From assembly GCA_043825735.1 (NCBI GenBank), contig JBDRRP010000004.1, forward strand, positions 1 through 64,000: a DNA stretch of 64,000 nucleotides. Reading direction: 5' to 3'. Shown here piece by piece: positions 39,912 to 52,618 of this stretch. How positions within the stretch are numbered: the stretch's first letter is position 1; each line of letters begins with the position of its first letter. The notes beneath the pieces are model-generated. The model searched no databases and had not been told where the DNA came from. It saw only the letters and a list, made by a program, of their open reading frames with translations. The DNA is from Pseudomonadota bacterium (GTDB lineage: Bacteria; Desulfobacterota; Desulfobacteria; Desulfobacterales; JBDRRP01). The position numbers and the translations under genes were made by a program.

Positions 39912-41051
39912 CTACAGACCACTGTAAAATGCTTTGATCTGCTCAACAACATAGGTCAACTGCGCCTCAGACAGCTCAGGATAGATGGGCAGTGCAATGG
40001 TTTCAGCGGCCGCGGCCTCGGCTTCCGGGAAATCTCCGGGCTGGTATCCCAGATAGGCAAAGCACGCCTGCAGGTGAAGCGGCACCGGATAGTAAATTTC
40101 CGTACCGACACCGGCATCGGTCAAATGCGCCCGCAAAGCGTCCCGGTGCCCCCCCACCCGAATGACAAATTGATTGTAGATATGACGGTCCTCTCCCGCC
40201 GCCGGCAGGGCCACATGCTCCAGCAGGTCCATATCGGCAAACAGGCGCCGATAGCGAGCCGCATTCTTCTGCCTGCCCGCCGTCCATGCGTCCAGATGCT
40301 TGAGCTTGATGGAGAGCACGACCGCCTGGATCGCATCCAGTCGGAAATTGCCTCCGATCATCCGGTGGTAGTACTTGGGGCGGGCCCCGTGGTTTCTGAG
40401 ATCGACCAGGCGCTCTGCGGCGTCTTCATGGCGGGTGGTGACCATCCCGCCGTCCCCGAACGCGCCCAGGTTTTTTGACGGAAAGAAGGAAAAACACCCG
40501 TAATCACCCATACTGCCGGCGCGCCGACCCCGATATTCGGCGCCAATGGCCTGGGCGGCATCCTCGATGACGCAGAGTCCGTGGGTGTCGGCCAGGCTCA
40601 GGAGAGGATCCATATCGGCACATTGTCCGTAAAGATGCACCGGAATGATCGCCTTTACGGCAGTGCGCTCGGCCGGGCTCAATGGCTCCAGCAACTCGGC
40701 GACACCCGCGGTACTGATGTTAAAGGTGCCCGGGTCGATGTCGACAAAACGCGGTATCGCACCCAGGCGGCTCACGGCACCGGCCGTGGCAAAAAACGTG
40801 TACGGCGAGGTGATGACCACATCGCCCGGACCGATGCCCTCTGCCATGAGGGCGATAATGAGGGCATCTGAGCCGGAGGACACGCCGACAGCATGAGGGG
40901 CGCCACTGTAGGCGGCCACTTCGCGCTCCAGCGTTTCGACGCTGGGTCCCAGAATGAAGTGCTGGCTGTCGCAAAGAGCGGCGATGGCCGGCAAAATCTC
41001 GTCTTTAAGCGCCTGGTATTGGGGTTTCAGGTCAAGCAGGGGTACATTCAT
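39912..41051 (-). CDS. DegT/DnrJ/EryC1/StrS family PLP aminotransferase
   Basis: [40 protein letters not shown]. Confidence 0.95.
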   Translation of the reverse strand: MNVPLLDLKPQYQALKDEILPAIAALCDSQHFILGPSVETLEREVAAYSGAPHAVGVSSGSDALIIALMAEGIGPGDVVITSPYTFFATAGAVSRLGAIPRFVDIDPGTFNISTAGVAELLEPLSPAERTAVKAIIPVHLYGQCADMDPLLSLADTHGLCVIEDAAQAIGAEYRGRRAGSMGDYGCFSFFPSKNLGAFGDGGMVTTRHEDAAERLVDLRNHGARPKYYHRMIGGNFRLDAIQAVVLSIKLKHLDAWTAGRQKNAARYRRLFADMDLLEHVALPAAGEDRHIYNQFVIRVGGHRDALRAHLTDAGVGTEIYYPVPLHLQACFAYLGYQPGDFPEAEAAAAETIALPIYPELSEAQLTYVVEQIKAFYSGL

Positions 41052-41106
41052 TGGTTCGTCCTTATATGTGTGTAAAGGCGCCTTGGCTATAAAAATGAAC
41101 TTCCTA

Positions 41107-41345
41107 CATCGAACGTTGAACGCTGAGAACTGCGAACATTGATCCGCTTTTAACCCTCAACCCGCTTTTCTCTGCGTCTCTGCGTCTCTGCGCGAGAAAT
41201 CGCTTTGGTTTTTCTTGGCGTTCTTTGCGTCTTGGCGCGAGTCAATTGATATTTGCCTTTTCTGCCATCTGTTATCTTATGGAACTTCACACGGCCCCGG
41301 ATGCCTGATCCGTCATCCCGGACGCGATCCGGGATCGGCATGACG
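41107..41345. repeat. Cluster of half elements (7-nt and 9-nt period) and a GTCATCCCGG-type element
   Basis: CATCGAACGTTGAACG; CTCTGCGTCTCTGCGTCTCTGCGCGAGA; CTTGGCGTTCTTTGCGTCTTGGCGCGAG; CCGTCATCCCGGACGCGATCCGGGATCGGCATGACG. Confidence 0.75.
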
Positions 41346-41360
41346 AACGAAGGATCAATT

Positions 41361-44300
41361 TTACGCCGCAGCGTCCGTCCGGGCGCTGCAGGCGGTCTCC
41401 ACGGCCTTGTAGCCCAGCACCGACTCAACGGCCCGCACCAACGCACCGCCGGCTTTGAGACGCATACTCTCAGGCAGTTCGATGACAGCCTCCACGCGAC
41501 GCACTTGTCGAAGATGGAGATAGCCTTTGCTGCTGCCGGGGTGCATCTTGAACACATGCTTTAAATCATGAAGCTGGGCCGCCTGCACGCGATCGAGATC
41601 GATGGTCAGGTGAACACTGGTGGTCCACAGCTCCTCGACCCGGCTGATAGGGATGATCTCTTCGGCGATGATTTTTACCGCATTTTCCTCTTTCTGCGCC
41701 TGTCCGCGGATCAACACCGGCGCGTCGGGGACAAGGAGATTCTGGGACGCGGCAAACACTTCCGGAAAGGCGATGATTTCGACTTTTCCGTGCATGTCTT
41801 CGATGGCCAGAAACGCCATCTGATCACCCTTTCGGGTTCTGAGCAGACGAATGCCGGCGATCAGCCCGCCGATGCGAACCGTCTGTTTGTCCGCCACTTC
41901 CTTGAGCCCGATGGCATTGGTGGTGGTGTATTTTTCCAGCAGCGCCTCGTGACGGGACAGGGGATGGCCGGTGATGTAAAAACCGAGCGCTTCCTTTTCA
42001 AAGATCAGCAGCTGCTTATCATCCCATTCGGTCAGCGGGGGCATGACGGGCACGTTGATTTCCAACGGTGCATCACCGGTGTCGAAAAGGCCCATCTGAG
42101 GGTCGTTCTGCTGTTTTTGCAGATGCTGCCCGTATTCCAGAGCTTCTTCGAGAACCGCCAGCATGGCGGCGCGGGTCGCGCCGGTGGTGTCAAAGGCGCC
42201 GCACTTGATCAGGCTTTCGATGACACGCTTGTTCACTTTGCGCAGATCGACCCGGGCGCAAAAATCGAACAGCGACCCGAATGGCCCACCGCTGTTTCGT
42301 GCCTCGACGATGGATTCGATGGCCCCCTCCCCCACGTTTTTGACCGCCACCATGCCGAAACGGATTTTGCCGTTGTCCACGGTAAACACCGTATGGCTGC
42401 TGTTGATGTCGGGCGGCAGCACCGCAATGTGATGGCTGCGGCACTCGGCGATGAATTTTACCACGCCGTCGATGGAGGTCATTTCACTGGTGAGCAGCGC
42501 CGCCATGAACTCCACGGGAAAATGCGCCTTCAGGTAGGCCGTCTGGAAGGCAATGAGCGCATAGGCCGCGCTGTGGGATTTGTTGAACCCGTAACCGCCG
42601 AATTTTTCCATGAGATTGAAAATGGTTTCGGCTTTGTCGCCGGGAAACCCGCTCTCCCTGGCGCCGGTGACAAACCGCTCCCGCTGCTGAGCCATGACCT
42701 CGGCGATTTTCTTTCCCATGGCTTTCCGCAGCCCGTCGGCTTCGGACATGGAGTAGTTGGCCAGCACGGCGGCAATCTTCATGACCTGTTCCTGATAGAG
42801 AATAACCCCATAGGTCTCCTTCAGGATCGGCTCCAACTCCGGCAGCAGGTAGACGACCGGTTTGCGGCCGTGCTTGCGCTCGACAAAGTCGTCCACCATG
42901 CCGCTGCCCATGGGGCCAGGGCGGTAGAGGGCCACCAGCGCCGTGACATCGGCAAAACAGGCCGGTTTCAGCCGCACCAGCAGGTCTTTCATGCCGGAGC
43001 TTTCCAATTGAAAGACACCGGTGGTATCGCCGTTGCACAGCAGGGTGTAGGTCTTCGGATCCTCGACATCGAGATTTTGCATGTCCGGCACCGGCAGGGC
43101 CAGGTCGGCGATGAGTTTGAGTGCATAGTCAATGACGGTCAGGTTGCGCAGCCCGAGGAAATCGAACTTCACCAGACCGATTTTTTCCACCCGCTTCATG
43201 TCGAACTGAGTGACCACTTCCCCCTTTTTACCGCGGTACAGGGGCAGATAGTTCACCAGCGGCCGGTCTCCGATGACGACGCCGGCCGCGTGAGTGGACG
43301 CGTGGCGGGGAAGTCCTTCGAGGATCCGGGCGATATCCACGAGCTCGCGGACATGGGATTGGGTCTCGACCATCTGCGCCAGCTTGGGCTCCTGGAGCAA
43401 TGCATCATCGAGGCTGATGTTCAAAACGTCCGGGACCAGTTTGGCGATGATGTCCACCTCGGCCAGGGGGATGTCCAGTGCGCGTCCCACATCGCGGAGC
43501 ACGGCCCGCGTTTTGAGTTTTCCGAACGTGATGATCTGGGCCACGTACTCGCCGCCGCCATACTTGTCCACCACGTATTTGAAGACCTTCTCCCGGCCGT
43601 TGATGCAAAAATCGACATCGATATCAGGCATGCTGATGCGGGCCGGGTTGAGAAAGCGCTCGAAGATCAGACCATGGGCGATGGGATCCAGGTCGGTGAT
43701 GCCCATGGCGTAGGCCACGATGCTGCCAGCGGCAGATCCGCGCCCCGGTCCCACCGGCACGCCGTTTTCCTTCGCGTAGCGGATGAAGTCGGCAACGATG
43801 AGAAAATAGCCGGGAAAACCCATGTCGATAATGGTCTTGATCTCATAATCAAGCCGTTCCCGGTAAACATTCTCTTCAAGATCCGGATTGCGCTCCCGGG
43901 CCCGGGTCAGAATGCGATCGAAGCCCTCGCGGGCAGTGCGATCGAACAGGTCGTCTGTCCCCAGGCCGTTTTCACTTTCAAATTTTGGAAAGTGGTAGGT
44001 GTCGAAATCGAATTCGATATGGCAGCGCTCAGCGATGGACACGGTGTTGGCGATGGCGCCCTGGTAATCGCCGAATGCCGCGTGCATCTCGGTCGGAGAC
44101 TTGAAATAGAGCTCTGTCGTGCCGAACTTGAACCGGGTGGGATCATTGACGGTCTTACCGGTCTGGATGCACAGCAGCACCTCATGGGCCCGCACATCGC
44201 CGTGGTCAAGATAGTGGCAGTCGTTGCTGGCCACCAGGGGAATGGACAGGCGCTGGCTCATATCCCGCAGGGTCTCGTTGACAAGCGCCTGCTCGGATAT

Positions 44301-44849
44301 TCCGTTGTTTTGCACCTCAAGAAAAAAGTTGCCTTCTCCGAAGATGCGCTGGTATTCCAGCGCGGCGGCATCGGCCTTGGGCTGCGCCCCGCTGAGGATG
44401 AGACGCGGAATTTTTCCGTGAAGGCAGGCGCTGAGCGCGATGAGGCCGGTGCTGTGGGCCTCAAGAAGCGCCATGTCGATCCGGGGTTTGTAGTAAAATC
44501 CTTCGAGCTGGGCGATGGATGCCATGCGGCACAGGTTACGATACCCCTCCTGGGTTTCGGCCAGCAGCAGCAGGTGGCTCGTCTCCTTGCTGTCCAGGCT
44601 GGTTTTGTCAGTCAGGCGCCTTGGGGCGATGTAGCACTCGCAGCCGATGATGGGCTTGATGCCCGCCTTTACAGCCAGTTCGAAAAATTCAAGCGCGCCG
44701 AACATGGTCCCGTGGTCGGTGACCGCCACGGCCGGCATGCCGTACTCCTTGGCCCGTGCAATGAGGTTGGGAAGTCGTATGGCGCCGTCCAGCAGGCTGT
44801 ACTGGGAATGCACGTGCAGGTGCACAAAACTGGGAGCTGGCTGATTCAT
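41361..44849 (-). CDS. dnaE: DNA polymerase III subunit alpha
   Basis: PHP domain FVHLHVHSQYSLLDG, GPGRGSAAGS, MPDIDVDF, KFDFLGL, YGFNKSH, OB fold. Confidence 0.98.
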   Translation of the reverse strand: MNQPAPSFVHLHVHSQYSLLDGAIRLPNLIARAKEYGMPAVAVTDHGTMFGALEFFELAVKAGIKPIIGCECYIAPRRLTDKTSLDSKETSHLLLLAETQEGYRNLCRMASIAQLEGFYYKPRIDMALLEAHSTGLIALSACLHGKIPRLILSGAQPKADAAALEYQRIFGEGNFFLEVQNNGISEQALVNETLRDMSQRLSIPLVASNDCHYLDHGDVRAHEVLLCIQTGKTVNDPTRFKFGTTELYFKSPTEMHAAFGDYQGAIANTVSIAERCHIEFDFDTYHFPKFESENGLGTDDLFDRTAREGFDRILTRARERNPDLEENVYRERLDYEIKTIIDMGFPGYFLIVADFIRYAKENGVPVGPGRGSAAGSIVAYAMGITDLDPIAHGLIFERFLNPARISMPDIDVDFCINGREKVFKYVVDKYGGGEYVAQIITFGKLKTRAVLRDVGRALDIPLAEVDIIAKLVPDVLNISLDDALLQEPKLAQMVETQSHVRELVDIARILEGLPRHASTHAAGVVIGDRPLVNYLPLYRGKKGEVVTQFDMKRVEKIGLVKFDFLGLRNLTVIDYALKLIADLALPVPDMQNLDVEDPKTYTLLCNGDTTGVFQLESSGMKDLLVRLKPACFADVTALVALYRPGPMGSGMVDDFVERKHGRKPVVYLLPELEPILKETYGVILYQEQVMKIAAVLANYSMSEADGLRKAMGKKIAEVMAQQRERFVTGARESGFPGDKAETIFNLMEKFGGYGFNKSHSAAYALIAFQTAYLKAHFPVEFMAALLTSEMTSIDGVVKFIAECRSHHIAVLPPDINSSHTVFTVDNGKIRFGMVAVKNVGEGAIESIVEARNSGGPFGSLFDFCARVDLRKVNKRVIESLIKCGAFDTTGATRAAMLAVLEEALEYGQHLQKQQNDPQMGLFDTGDAPLEINVPVMPPLTEWDDKQLLIFEKEALGFYITGHPLSRHEALLEKYTTTNAIGLKEVADKQTVRIGGLIAGIRLLRTRKGDQMAFLAIEDMHGKVEIIAFPEVFAASQNLLVPDAPVLIRGQAQKEENAVKIIAEEIIPISRVEELWTTSVHLTIDLDRVQAAQLHDLKHVFKMHPGSSKGYLHLRQVRRVEAVIELPESMRLKAGGALVRAVESVLGYKAVETACSARTDAAA

Positions 44850-44992
44850 GGCGTCGATCCGAAAATCTCAGGAGAAGTGGCGCCCGGAGAACGCGCTCAC
44901 AGGCGCCGTCCGGTCAAATCACCGACGCCCCAGCCGGCCCCTTGAAAAGGGCCGGCAAAGACACCGGCGGGCCCGATATCCGCCGCGGCCCG

Positions 44993-46483
<1,491 letters not shown>

Positions 46484-46736
46484 TTAACCTGTTCGGATAC
46501 CATGGGGCCGGCGCTTTAGCAATGCCTTTTGCCGGTCGGCCAGCCGCGCTGCCACCGGTCTGCGGAACCCAAAACAATGATTTGCCAGGGAAAGCGCTCA
46601 AGGCCTGGGGACGACAAAAACCGGCACTGACAACCGCACGAGTGACCGGTTGCATTCCGGACACTTTTACCGTAATGGTTACTGCCGTCCGCAATCGGCG
46701 AAAAAGGCCGGACCGCACCCGACTGGAGCAGCCATC

Positions 46737-47345
46737 ATGTTGTTGAAAATAAACCCTATCAACCCGCAGCAACGCCTGATCGACCGGGTGGTGGACATCC
46801 TGCGTTCGGGCGGGATCATCGCCTACCCGACCGACACCTACTACGGCATCGGCTGCGACATCATGAACAAACGCGCCATCGAGCGGATCTACCAATTACG
46901 CCAGAGAGACAAAAACAAACCGTTCAGCTTCATTTGTGCTGATCTTAAAAACCTCAGCGATTACGCCAAAGTTTCCAACTACGCCTACAAGACCATGCGC
47001 CGCCTGCTCCCCGGGCCATACACCTTCATTCTGGAAGGCTCCAAGCTGGTGCCCAAGATCATGCTCACCAAACGAAAAACCGCCGGCATCCGTGTGCCCG
47101 ACAACGCCATCTGCCTTCAACTGGTCACCGATCTCGGCAACCCCATCCTCTCGGCCAGTGCCAAGACACCGAACGGCAGCCTTTTTCACGATCCATCGCT
47201 CATGGACGACTATTACGGCAACCAACTCGACGCCATCATCGACGGCGGCCCGGTCCCGGGACGCCCCTCCAGCATCATCTCACTCATCGACGATGTTCCG
47301 GAAGTACTTCGCGAGGGGATCGGCGATGTGGAAAGTTTTAAATAG
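46737..47345 (+). CDS. YrdC/Sua5-family protein (threonylcarbamoyl-AMP synthase-like, YciO subtype)
   Basis: AYPTDTYYGIGC, LLPGPYTFIL, GIRVP, PSSII; start ATG 46737 after GGAG. Confidence 0.9.
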   Translation: MLLKINPINPQQRLIDRVVDILRSGGIIAYPTDTYYGIGCDIMNKRAIERIYQLRQRDKNKPFSFICADLKNLSDYAKVSNYAYKTMRRLLPGPYTFILEGSKLVPKIMLTKRKTAGIRVPDNAICLQLVTDLGNPILSASAKTPNGSLFHDPSLMDDYYGNQLDAIIDGGPVPGRPSSIISLIDDVPEVLREGIGDVESFK

Positions 47346-47375
47346 CGCTGACTCATAAAAAGTCTTTACGTTTCA

Positions 47376-47447
47376 GGGTCGGGATTTTAATCGGGATCGA
47401 AATCGATGCGTTCCGAGGTCGATACCGATAGCGATAGCGATTTCGAT
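47376..47447. repeat. Hexamer-period palindromic element
   Basis: ATCGGGATCGAAATCG ... CGATACCGATAGCGATAGCGATTTCGAT between convergent genes. Confidence 0.75.
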
Positions 47448-47485
47448 GTTTACCCGGCGTTGGATTTCTCTCTGCCGCATCGACA

Positions 47486-48397
47486 TCAGCCGACCGGGGC
47501 GAATCCGCCTCCCGGGCGGTAAAGATATCCCGGGAAAAGGCTCGGGGTGAGCCATCGCTGCAGGGTCTGCTTCAGGACCGTACCGGCGATGTAGTCAAGG
47601 AAGGAATACGGCTTTTTCTCCAAAGACAGGGTCGATACCGCTCCCGTGATACCCCCCAACTCGGCGGCCCAGGCTACGGCATCGGCATAGTTGCCGGAAC
47701 GGTCGATGAAACCCATCTGTTGAAAGGTTTCACCGGTAAAGATGCGGCCATCGGCCACCCCCCGTACCGTCTCCGGATCCATCTTGCGACCAGCGGCCAC
47801 ATCGCGGACAAACTGTTCATGGATTTGATGGGTCAGACCGGTCAGCACATCGCGTTCGGCCTCGGTCATTTCCCGGGTGCCGGAGCCCATATCCTTATAT
47901 GCGCCGCTCTTGATCACCACCGGCTGCAATCCGATCTTGCTGAGCAGATCCCGGTAATCGGTAAATGCCATCAACACGCCGATACTGCCCGTAACGGTGC
48001 CGGGACTGGCGATGATACCGTCGGCGGCGGCGGCGATATAGTAGCCGCCGGATGCAGCCACCGTTCCCAGGGAGGCGATGACTTTCTTCTCGAGGCGGGT
48101 CTTTTGAATCTCACGGTAGATTTCCTGTGCCGGCCCCACTGCCCCCCCGGGGGAGTCGATGCGCACGACCAGCGATTTGACCCGCTCATCCTTTCTGAGC
48201 TGCTCGAGTTGTTCGAGAATACTTCGGGCGTCGACAATGACGCCGTTGACCTCGACGACGCCCACCTTCTCGCCGTAGTCAAACGTGCCGCTGCTGCTGC
48301 CCAGAACCAGTGCGACCACCAATACCACGATCACGGTGCCGGTAATGGCGCTCATGATGAGGGAAAAAAACAGGAATGGATGTCGGCGGGAAAACAT
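47486..48397 (-). CDS. sppA: Signal peptide peptidase SppA (S49)
   Basis: RIDSPGG, AASGGYYIA, TGSIGV, KSGAYKD, DGRIFTG; start ATG 48397. Confidence 0.93.
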   Translation of the reverse strand: MFSRRHPFLFFSLIMSAITGTVIVVLVVALVLGSSSGTFDYGEKVGVVEVNGVIVDARSILEQLEQLRKDERVKSLVVRIDSPGGAVGPAQEIYREIQKTRLEKKVIASLGTVAASGGYYIAAAADGIIASPGTVTGSIGVLMAFTDYRDLLSKIGLQPVVIKSGAYKDMGSGTREMTEAERDVLTGLTHQIHEQFVRDVAAGRKMDPETVRGVADGRIFTGETFQQMGFIDRSGNYADAVAWAAELGGITGAVSTLSLEKKPYSFLDYIAGTVLKQTLQRWLTPSLFPGYLYRPGGGFAPVG

Positions 48398-48445
48398 GCG
48401 GCCTCCCTTCTTACCGGCAACGCCGGTGGCTTTGAATTGGCGCAC

Positions 48446-48483
48446 AAAAAAAATGGGGCGAAGCGACTGAGCGCTCCGCCCCA
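48446..48483 (-). terminator. Rho-independent terminator after rpsA
   Basis: Minus strand TGGGGCGGAGCG-loop-CGCTTCGCCCCA followed by a T-tract. Confidence 0.8.
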
Positions 48484-48505
48484 CAGGTTCTTCAGACAGG
48501 ACCGG

Positions 48506-50398
48506 TTATGCGTCCTTCTCCGGGGTTTCAGCGGTATCATCATCGGCGGCCTCTACGGCCTCCTTTGACATCGCGTCGACGGCGTCGGCATCGGCGTCGT
48601 CTTCTGACGGCGCTTCGGTGGCATCGCTTTTCTTGGCCACGCTCAGCTTCTCCTGGAGATTCTCCCGGAGAAGTTCACCGAAGCTGGACGTGGCCGGCTT
48701 CATATTGGTGACATAATCGCTCAGAATGGACTGATCGTCTTCCATATCCAGACGTTTGATGGACAGCCCGATCCGTCGCTCATCACTGTTGATGTTCATC
48801 ACCCGTGCCGTAATCATATCGCCCACGTTATAGGCGCCGACAGGGGTTTTGATCTTTTCCTTGCTGATTTCAGATACGTGAACCAGTCCTTCGATCCCCT
48901 CTTCCAACTCGACAAAGATACCGAAGTCGGTCACGTTGGTCACAGTGCCGGTGATCTCCTTGCCCACATCGTAGCGATCGGAAACGGTTGACCACGGATC
49001 GGCCTGGAGTTGCTTGATACCGAGGGAAAAACGCTCCTGACCCTTTTCGATGTCCAAAACGATGGCCTGCACCAAATCGCCCTTCTTGTAAATCTCCGAG
49101 GGGTGTTTGATGCGCTTGGTCCAAGAGATATCGGAAATGTGCACCAGACCGTCGATTCCTTCGTCGATACCGATGAAGATGCCAAAATCGGTGATGTTCT
49201 TGATTTTGCCCTCGATAGTGGTGCCAACCGGGTACTTTTCGCTGATCACATCCCAGGGATTCGGCTCGACCTGCTTCATGCCAAGGGAAATCCGACGGTT
49301 GTCCGGCTTGATGTCCAGCACCACGGCCTCGACCTCGTCACCCACCGATACCACTTTGGAGGGATGGCGGATTTTGCGGGTCCAGGACATTTCGGAGACA
49401 TGGATCAGGCCTTCGATGCCTTCTTCCAATTCCACGAATGCGCCGTAGTCGGTGAGGCTCACCACACGGCCGGTAACACGGGCGCCGACAGGGTAGTGGC
49501 CGGCGGCAGTGGTCCACGGATCGGGCGTGAGCTGTTTCATTCCCAACGAAACACGCTCTTTTTCCAAATCCAGATTCAGAATCTTCACGTTGATTTCGTC
49601 GCCGATTCGGAACAGCTCCGAGGGGTGCTTGACCCGCCCCCAGGAAATATCGGTAATGTGAAGCAGGCCGTCGACACCGCCGAGATCCACAAAAATACCG
49701 TATTCGGTGATGTTCTTCACTACGCCGTCGACCACCTTTCCTTCGTGGATGCTGGTCAGTGTCGCCGAGCGTTTGGCTTCCCGCTCAGCTTCCAGGAGAA
49801 TCCGGCGGGAAAGAACGATGTTGCTTCGTTTCCGGTTATATTTCAATATCTTGAAGTCGAAGGTCTTGCCGACCATATCGTCGAGATTCCGGATGGGACG
49901 CAAATCCGCCTGCGAGCCCGGCAAAAACGCCTGGACGCCGATATCGACGGAAAAGCCGCCCTTGACCCGTGCGGTGATAACGCCGTTAACGGTATCATCC
50001 TCGTCATAAGCGACCTTGATTTCTTCCCAGACCTTGACCTTCTCGGCTTTTTCTTTGGAGAGCACGACGACTTCGTTCTCATCGTCCCACCACTCCACCA
50101 TGACTTCGACCGAATCGCCGGGCTCGGCGCTGACCGTGCCATCTTCATCGATGAATTCGGAAAGTCGGATCTGGCCTTCCGATTTGTATCCGATATCCAC
50201 GAGCACGTGATCTCTATCGACGGATATGATCCTTCCGCTGACGACTTCCCCCTCGGCAAAGCGCTTGAAGCTTTCTTCATAAAGCTCCATGAGGCTTTCC
50301 ATGCTCTCTTCGCCCTCTTCGAGACCTTCCATTGTCTCTTCGGCCTCTGCAATCGGGATTTCCGGGTTAACGATGACTTCTTTTTCCAGTTCTTCCAT
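48506..50398 (-). CDS. rpsA: 30S ribosomal protein S1
   Basis: Six S1 repeats (GLLHITDISW, GLIHVSEMSW, GLVHISDISW, GLVHVSEIS); follows cmk. Confidence 0.98.
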   Translation of the reverse strand: MEELEKEVIVNPEIPIAEAEETMEGLEEGEESMESLMELYEESFKRFAEGEVVSGRIISVDRDHVLVDIGYKSEGQIRLSEFIDEDGTVSAEPGDSVEVMVEWWDDENEVVVLSKEKAEKVKVWEEIKVAYDEDDTVNGVITARVKGGFSVDIGVQAFLPGSQADLRPIRNLDDMVGKTFDFKILKYNRKRSNIVLSRRILLEAEREAKRSATLTSIHEGKVVDGVVKNITEYGIFVDLGGVDGLLHITDISWGRVKHPSELFRIGDEINVKILNLDLEKERVSLGMKQLTPDPWTTAAGHYPVGARVTGRVVSLTDYGAFVELEEGIEGLIHVSEMSWTRKIRHPSKVVSVGDEVEAVVLDIKPDNRRISLGMKQVEPNPWDVISEKYPVGTTIEGKIKNITDFGIFIGIDEGIDGLVHISDISWTKRIKHPSEIYKKGDLVQAIVLDIEKGQERFSLGIKQLQADPWSTVSDRYDVGKEITGTVTNVTDFGIFVELEEGIEGLVHVSEISKEKIKTPVGAYNVGDMITARVMNINSDERRIGLSIKRLDMEDDQSILSDYVTNMKPATSSFGELLRENLQEKLSVAKKSDATEAPSEDDADADAVDAMSKEAVEAADDDTAETPEKDA

Positions 50399-50518
50399 TG
50401 AGTGTTGACTCCCTTCACCTATTGTATTTGCCGATCAATGTCTTGATCCGGCATAACCGCTCTGTCTACCAGACTCATAGCTAAAAAACAACGACAAACT
50501 TCCGGTTTATTGGGGGGC

Positions 50519-51196
50519 TTACTTCCCGTCTGCGGTTTTCCGACGGACATGACCGAGCATGATGTCGATCACGGCGTCAATGTCCAAATGGGTCGAATCG
50601 ATGGGGATGGCATCTTCGGCCGGCTTGAGCGGAGCCACGTCGCGGCAGCTGTCATTGCGGTCCCGGCAGTCCATGTCGGCCATCACCTGCTGAAGGGACT
50701 GACCATCAGCGGCGCCCTGTTCGGCGAAACGCCGCCGGGCCCGTGTGCTCAGGTCAGCGGTCAGAAAGAATTTCACATCCGCCGAGGGAAACACCACCGT
50801 TCCCATGTCTCGGCCTTCGAAGACGACGGCGCGCGCCTTGCCCAGTGAGCGCTGGAGGGTCAGCAGGTAATTTCTCACCACCGGTTGCGCCGATACGGCC
50901 GAGGCGAGCATGGCAATTTCCGGAGAGCGGATCTGGTCCGTGATATCCCGGCCGTCGACCAGGATGTGAAGTCCGTCGCCGCGTTTCACGAGGTCCAGTT
51001 CAAGATCGCGGCACAGCCTCGCCAGCGCGCTCGCATCACCGGCATCGAGACCCCGGCTCCTGAGGGCCACGGCCACGCCGCGGTACAAGGCACCGGTGTC
51101 CACATAGCGGTAATTCAGTCGGTCGGCCAGTGCACGGCTGATGGTGGTCTTGCCGGCGCCGGCGGGGCCGTCAACAGTAATGACCAGGGGCTTCAT
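50519..51196 (-). CDS. cmk: Cytidylate kinase
   Basis: DGPAGAGKTT, DTGALYR, EGRDMGTVVFP; start ATG 51196 or GTG 51211. Confidence 0.96.
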   Translation of the reverse strand: MKPLVITVDGPAGAGKTTISRALADRLNYRYVDTGALYRGVAVALRSRGLDAGDASALARLCRDLELDLVKRGDGLHILVDGRDITDQIRSPEIAMLASAVSAQPVVRNYLLTLQRSLGKARAVVFEGRDMGTVVFPSADVKFFLTADLSTRARRRFAEQGAADGQSLQQVMADMDCRDRNDSCRDVAPLKPAEDAIPIDSTHLDIDAVIDIMLGHVRRKTADGK

Positions 51197-51207
51197 GAGC
51201 TCCGTCT

Positions 51208-51747
51208 TCACGCGGCCGCAGCTTCGGCGATACCCGCGTCGATGGCAGCCATGTTGATATCAATGAGTTTGGGTTTCTTGGAAAACTCGGATTTCACGCA
51301 GGCGCGCAGGATCTCGAGGTCCACCATCCGGCTGCGGGCCACGAAAGCGGCCAGTGCGACGATATTGGCAGCGCGGATATTGCCGGCCCGCTGCGCGACA
51401 TCTGCGACAGGCACCCGGATTTCGTCCACATCGTCACGCGCGATGGAGACCGGCACGAGGTTGCTGTTTGATAAAATCACCCCGCCGGCCTTGACCTCGG
51501 GCGCGAATTTTTCATAAGAGGGCCGGTTCATGGCCACCAGATGGCACGGGTTCTTGATGATGGGCGAGCCGATGGGACGGTCGCTGATGACAACCATGCA
51601 GTAGGCGGTTCCCCCGCGCATCTCGGGCCCGTAAGATGGGATCCAAACCACTTCATAACCCTGGTCCATGGCGGCATGGGCCAGTATTTTTGCGCTGAGC
51701 AGGATCCCCTGCCCGCCGAATCCGGCAAACATCACTTCACTCTGCAT
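51208..51747 (-). CDS. 2-oxoacid:ferredoxin oxidoreductase gamma subunit
   Basis: AGFGGQG, PSYGPEMRGG, ANIVAL. Confidence 0.93.
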   Translation of the reverse strand: MQSEVMFAGFGGQGILLSAKILAHAAMDQGYEVVWIPSYGPEMRGGTAYCMVVISDRPIGSPIIKNPCHLVAMNRPSYEKFAPEVKAGGVILSNSNLVPVSIARDDVDEIRVPVADVAQRAGNIRAANIVALAAFVARSRMVDLEILRACVKSEFSKKPKLIDINMAAIDAGIAEAAAA

Positions 51748-51795
51748 GACAGCCCTCCCGTAATTGCGTCCCCAAGCGGCCAGATCGGATGCGTT

Positions 51796-52539
51796 TTAGA
51801 CCTCATCCGGCGTTTTTTTGTCACCCAGCCGATAATAGTCGAGCAGCGTTCCTTCCGCCCATTCGATGGACTGCATGGGCGTCATCCCCCAGTTGGTGGG
51901 GCAGGTGCTGACAAACTCGACAAAACTGAAACAGCGGCCTTCCACCTGATAGGTGAACGCCTTTTTCAAGGCTTTCTTCGCCTTCGTAATATACTTCGGC
52001 CGCAGAACGGTCTGGCGGGTGATATACCCTGGCGTCTTCAAAACTGCCAGCAATTCGGACATCTGGATGGGCATGCCGACATCTTCCACGTTCCGCCCAA
52101 AAGGAGAAGTGCTGGTCCTCTGGTTAGGCATGGTGGTCGGCGCCATCTGGCCCCCGGTCATGCCGTATATGGCATTATTCACAAAGATGGTGGTAAATTT
52201 CTCACCGCGGTTGGCGGCATGGATGATCTCCCCCATACCGATGCTGGCCAAATCGCCGTCACCCTGATAGGTGAAGACCATGAGATCCGGACGGACCCGC
52301 TTGATGCCGGTGGCCATGGCCGGCGCACGGCCATGAGCGGCCTCCTGGAAATCAAAGGTGAAATAGTTATAGGCCAACACGGCGCACCCCACCGGTGCAA
52401 TGCCCACCGTCCGCCCGCGGATACCCAACTCGTCGATGACTTCGCCGACGAGCCGGTGAATCACACCGTGGGTACATCCAGGGCAGTAATGGGTATGCTG
52501 GTCGGAGAGGGCTTCGGGTTTGTGAAATGTTTTCCCCAT
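51796..52539 (-). CDS. 2-oxoacid:ferredoxin oxidoreductase beta (TPP-binding) subunit
   Basis: YCPGCTHG, QGDGDLASIG, NNAIYGMTGGQ, CPTNW. Confidence 0.93.
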   Translation of the reverse strand: MGKTFHKPEALSDQHTHYCPGCTHGVIHRLVGEVIDELGIRGRTVGIAPVGCAVLAYNYFTFDFQEAAHGRAPAMATGIKRVRPDLMVFTYQGDGDLASIGMGEIIHAANRGEKFTTIFVNNAIYGMTGGQMAPTTMPNQRTSTSPFGRNVEDVGMPIQMSELLAVLKTPGYITRQTVLRPKYITKAKKALKKAFTYQVEGRCFSFVEFVSTCPTNWGMTPMQSIEWAEGTLLDYYRLGDKKTPDEV

Positions 52540-52618
52540 CTTGTTTCTCCTTGTCGTCGACGGCATCTGTCAGTAACGCTCTAAAAGGCGTCTTGACGGC
52601 CGCCGAGCCCATATCGGT

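Noticed and set aside
41568..44945. 1125-aa plus-strand ORF
   Set aside because: Codon-aligned antisense of dnaE; long stop-free antisense frames are expected with high-GC codon bias, and it has no recognisable motifs. The same applies to the ORFs opposite guaB, rpsA, dnaG and the RND permease.
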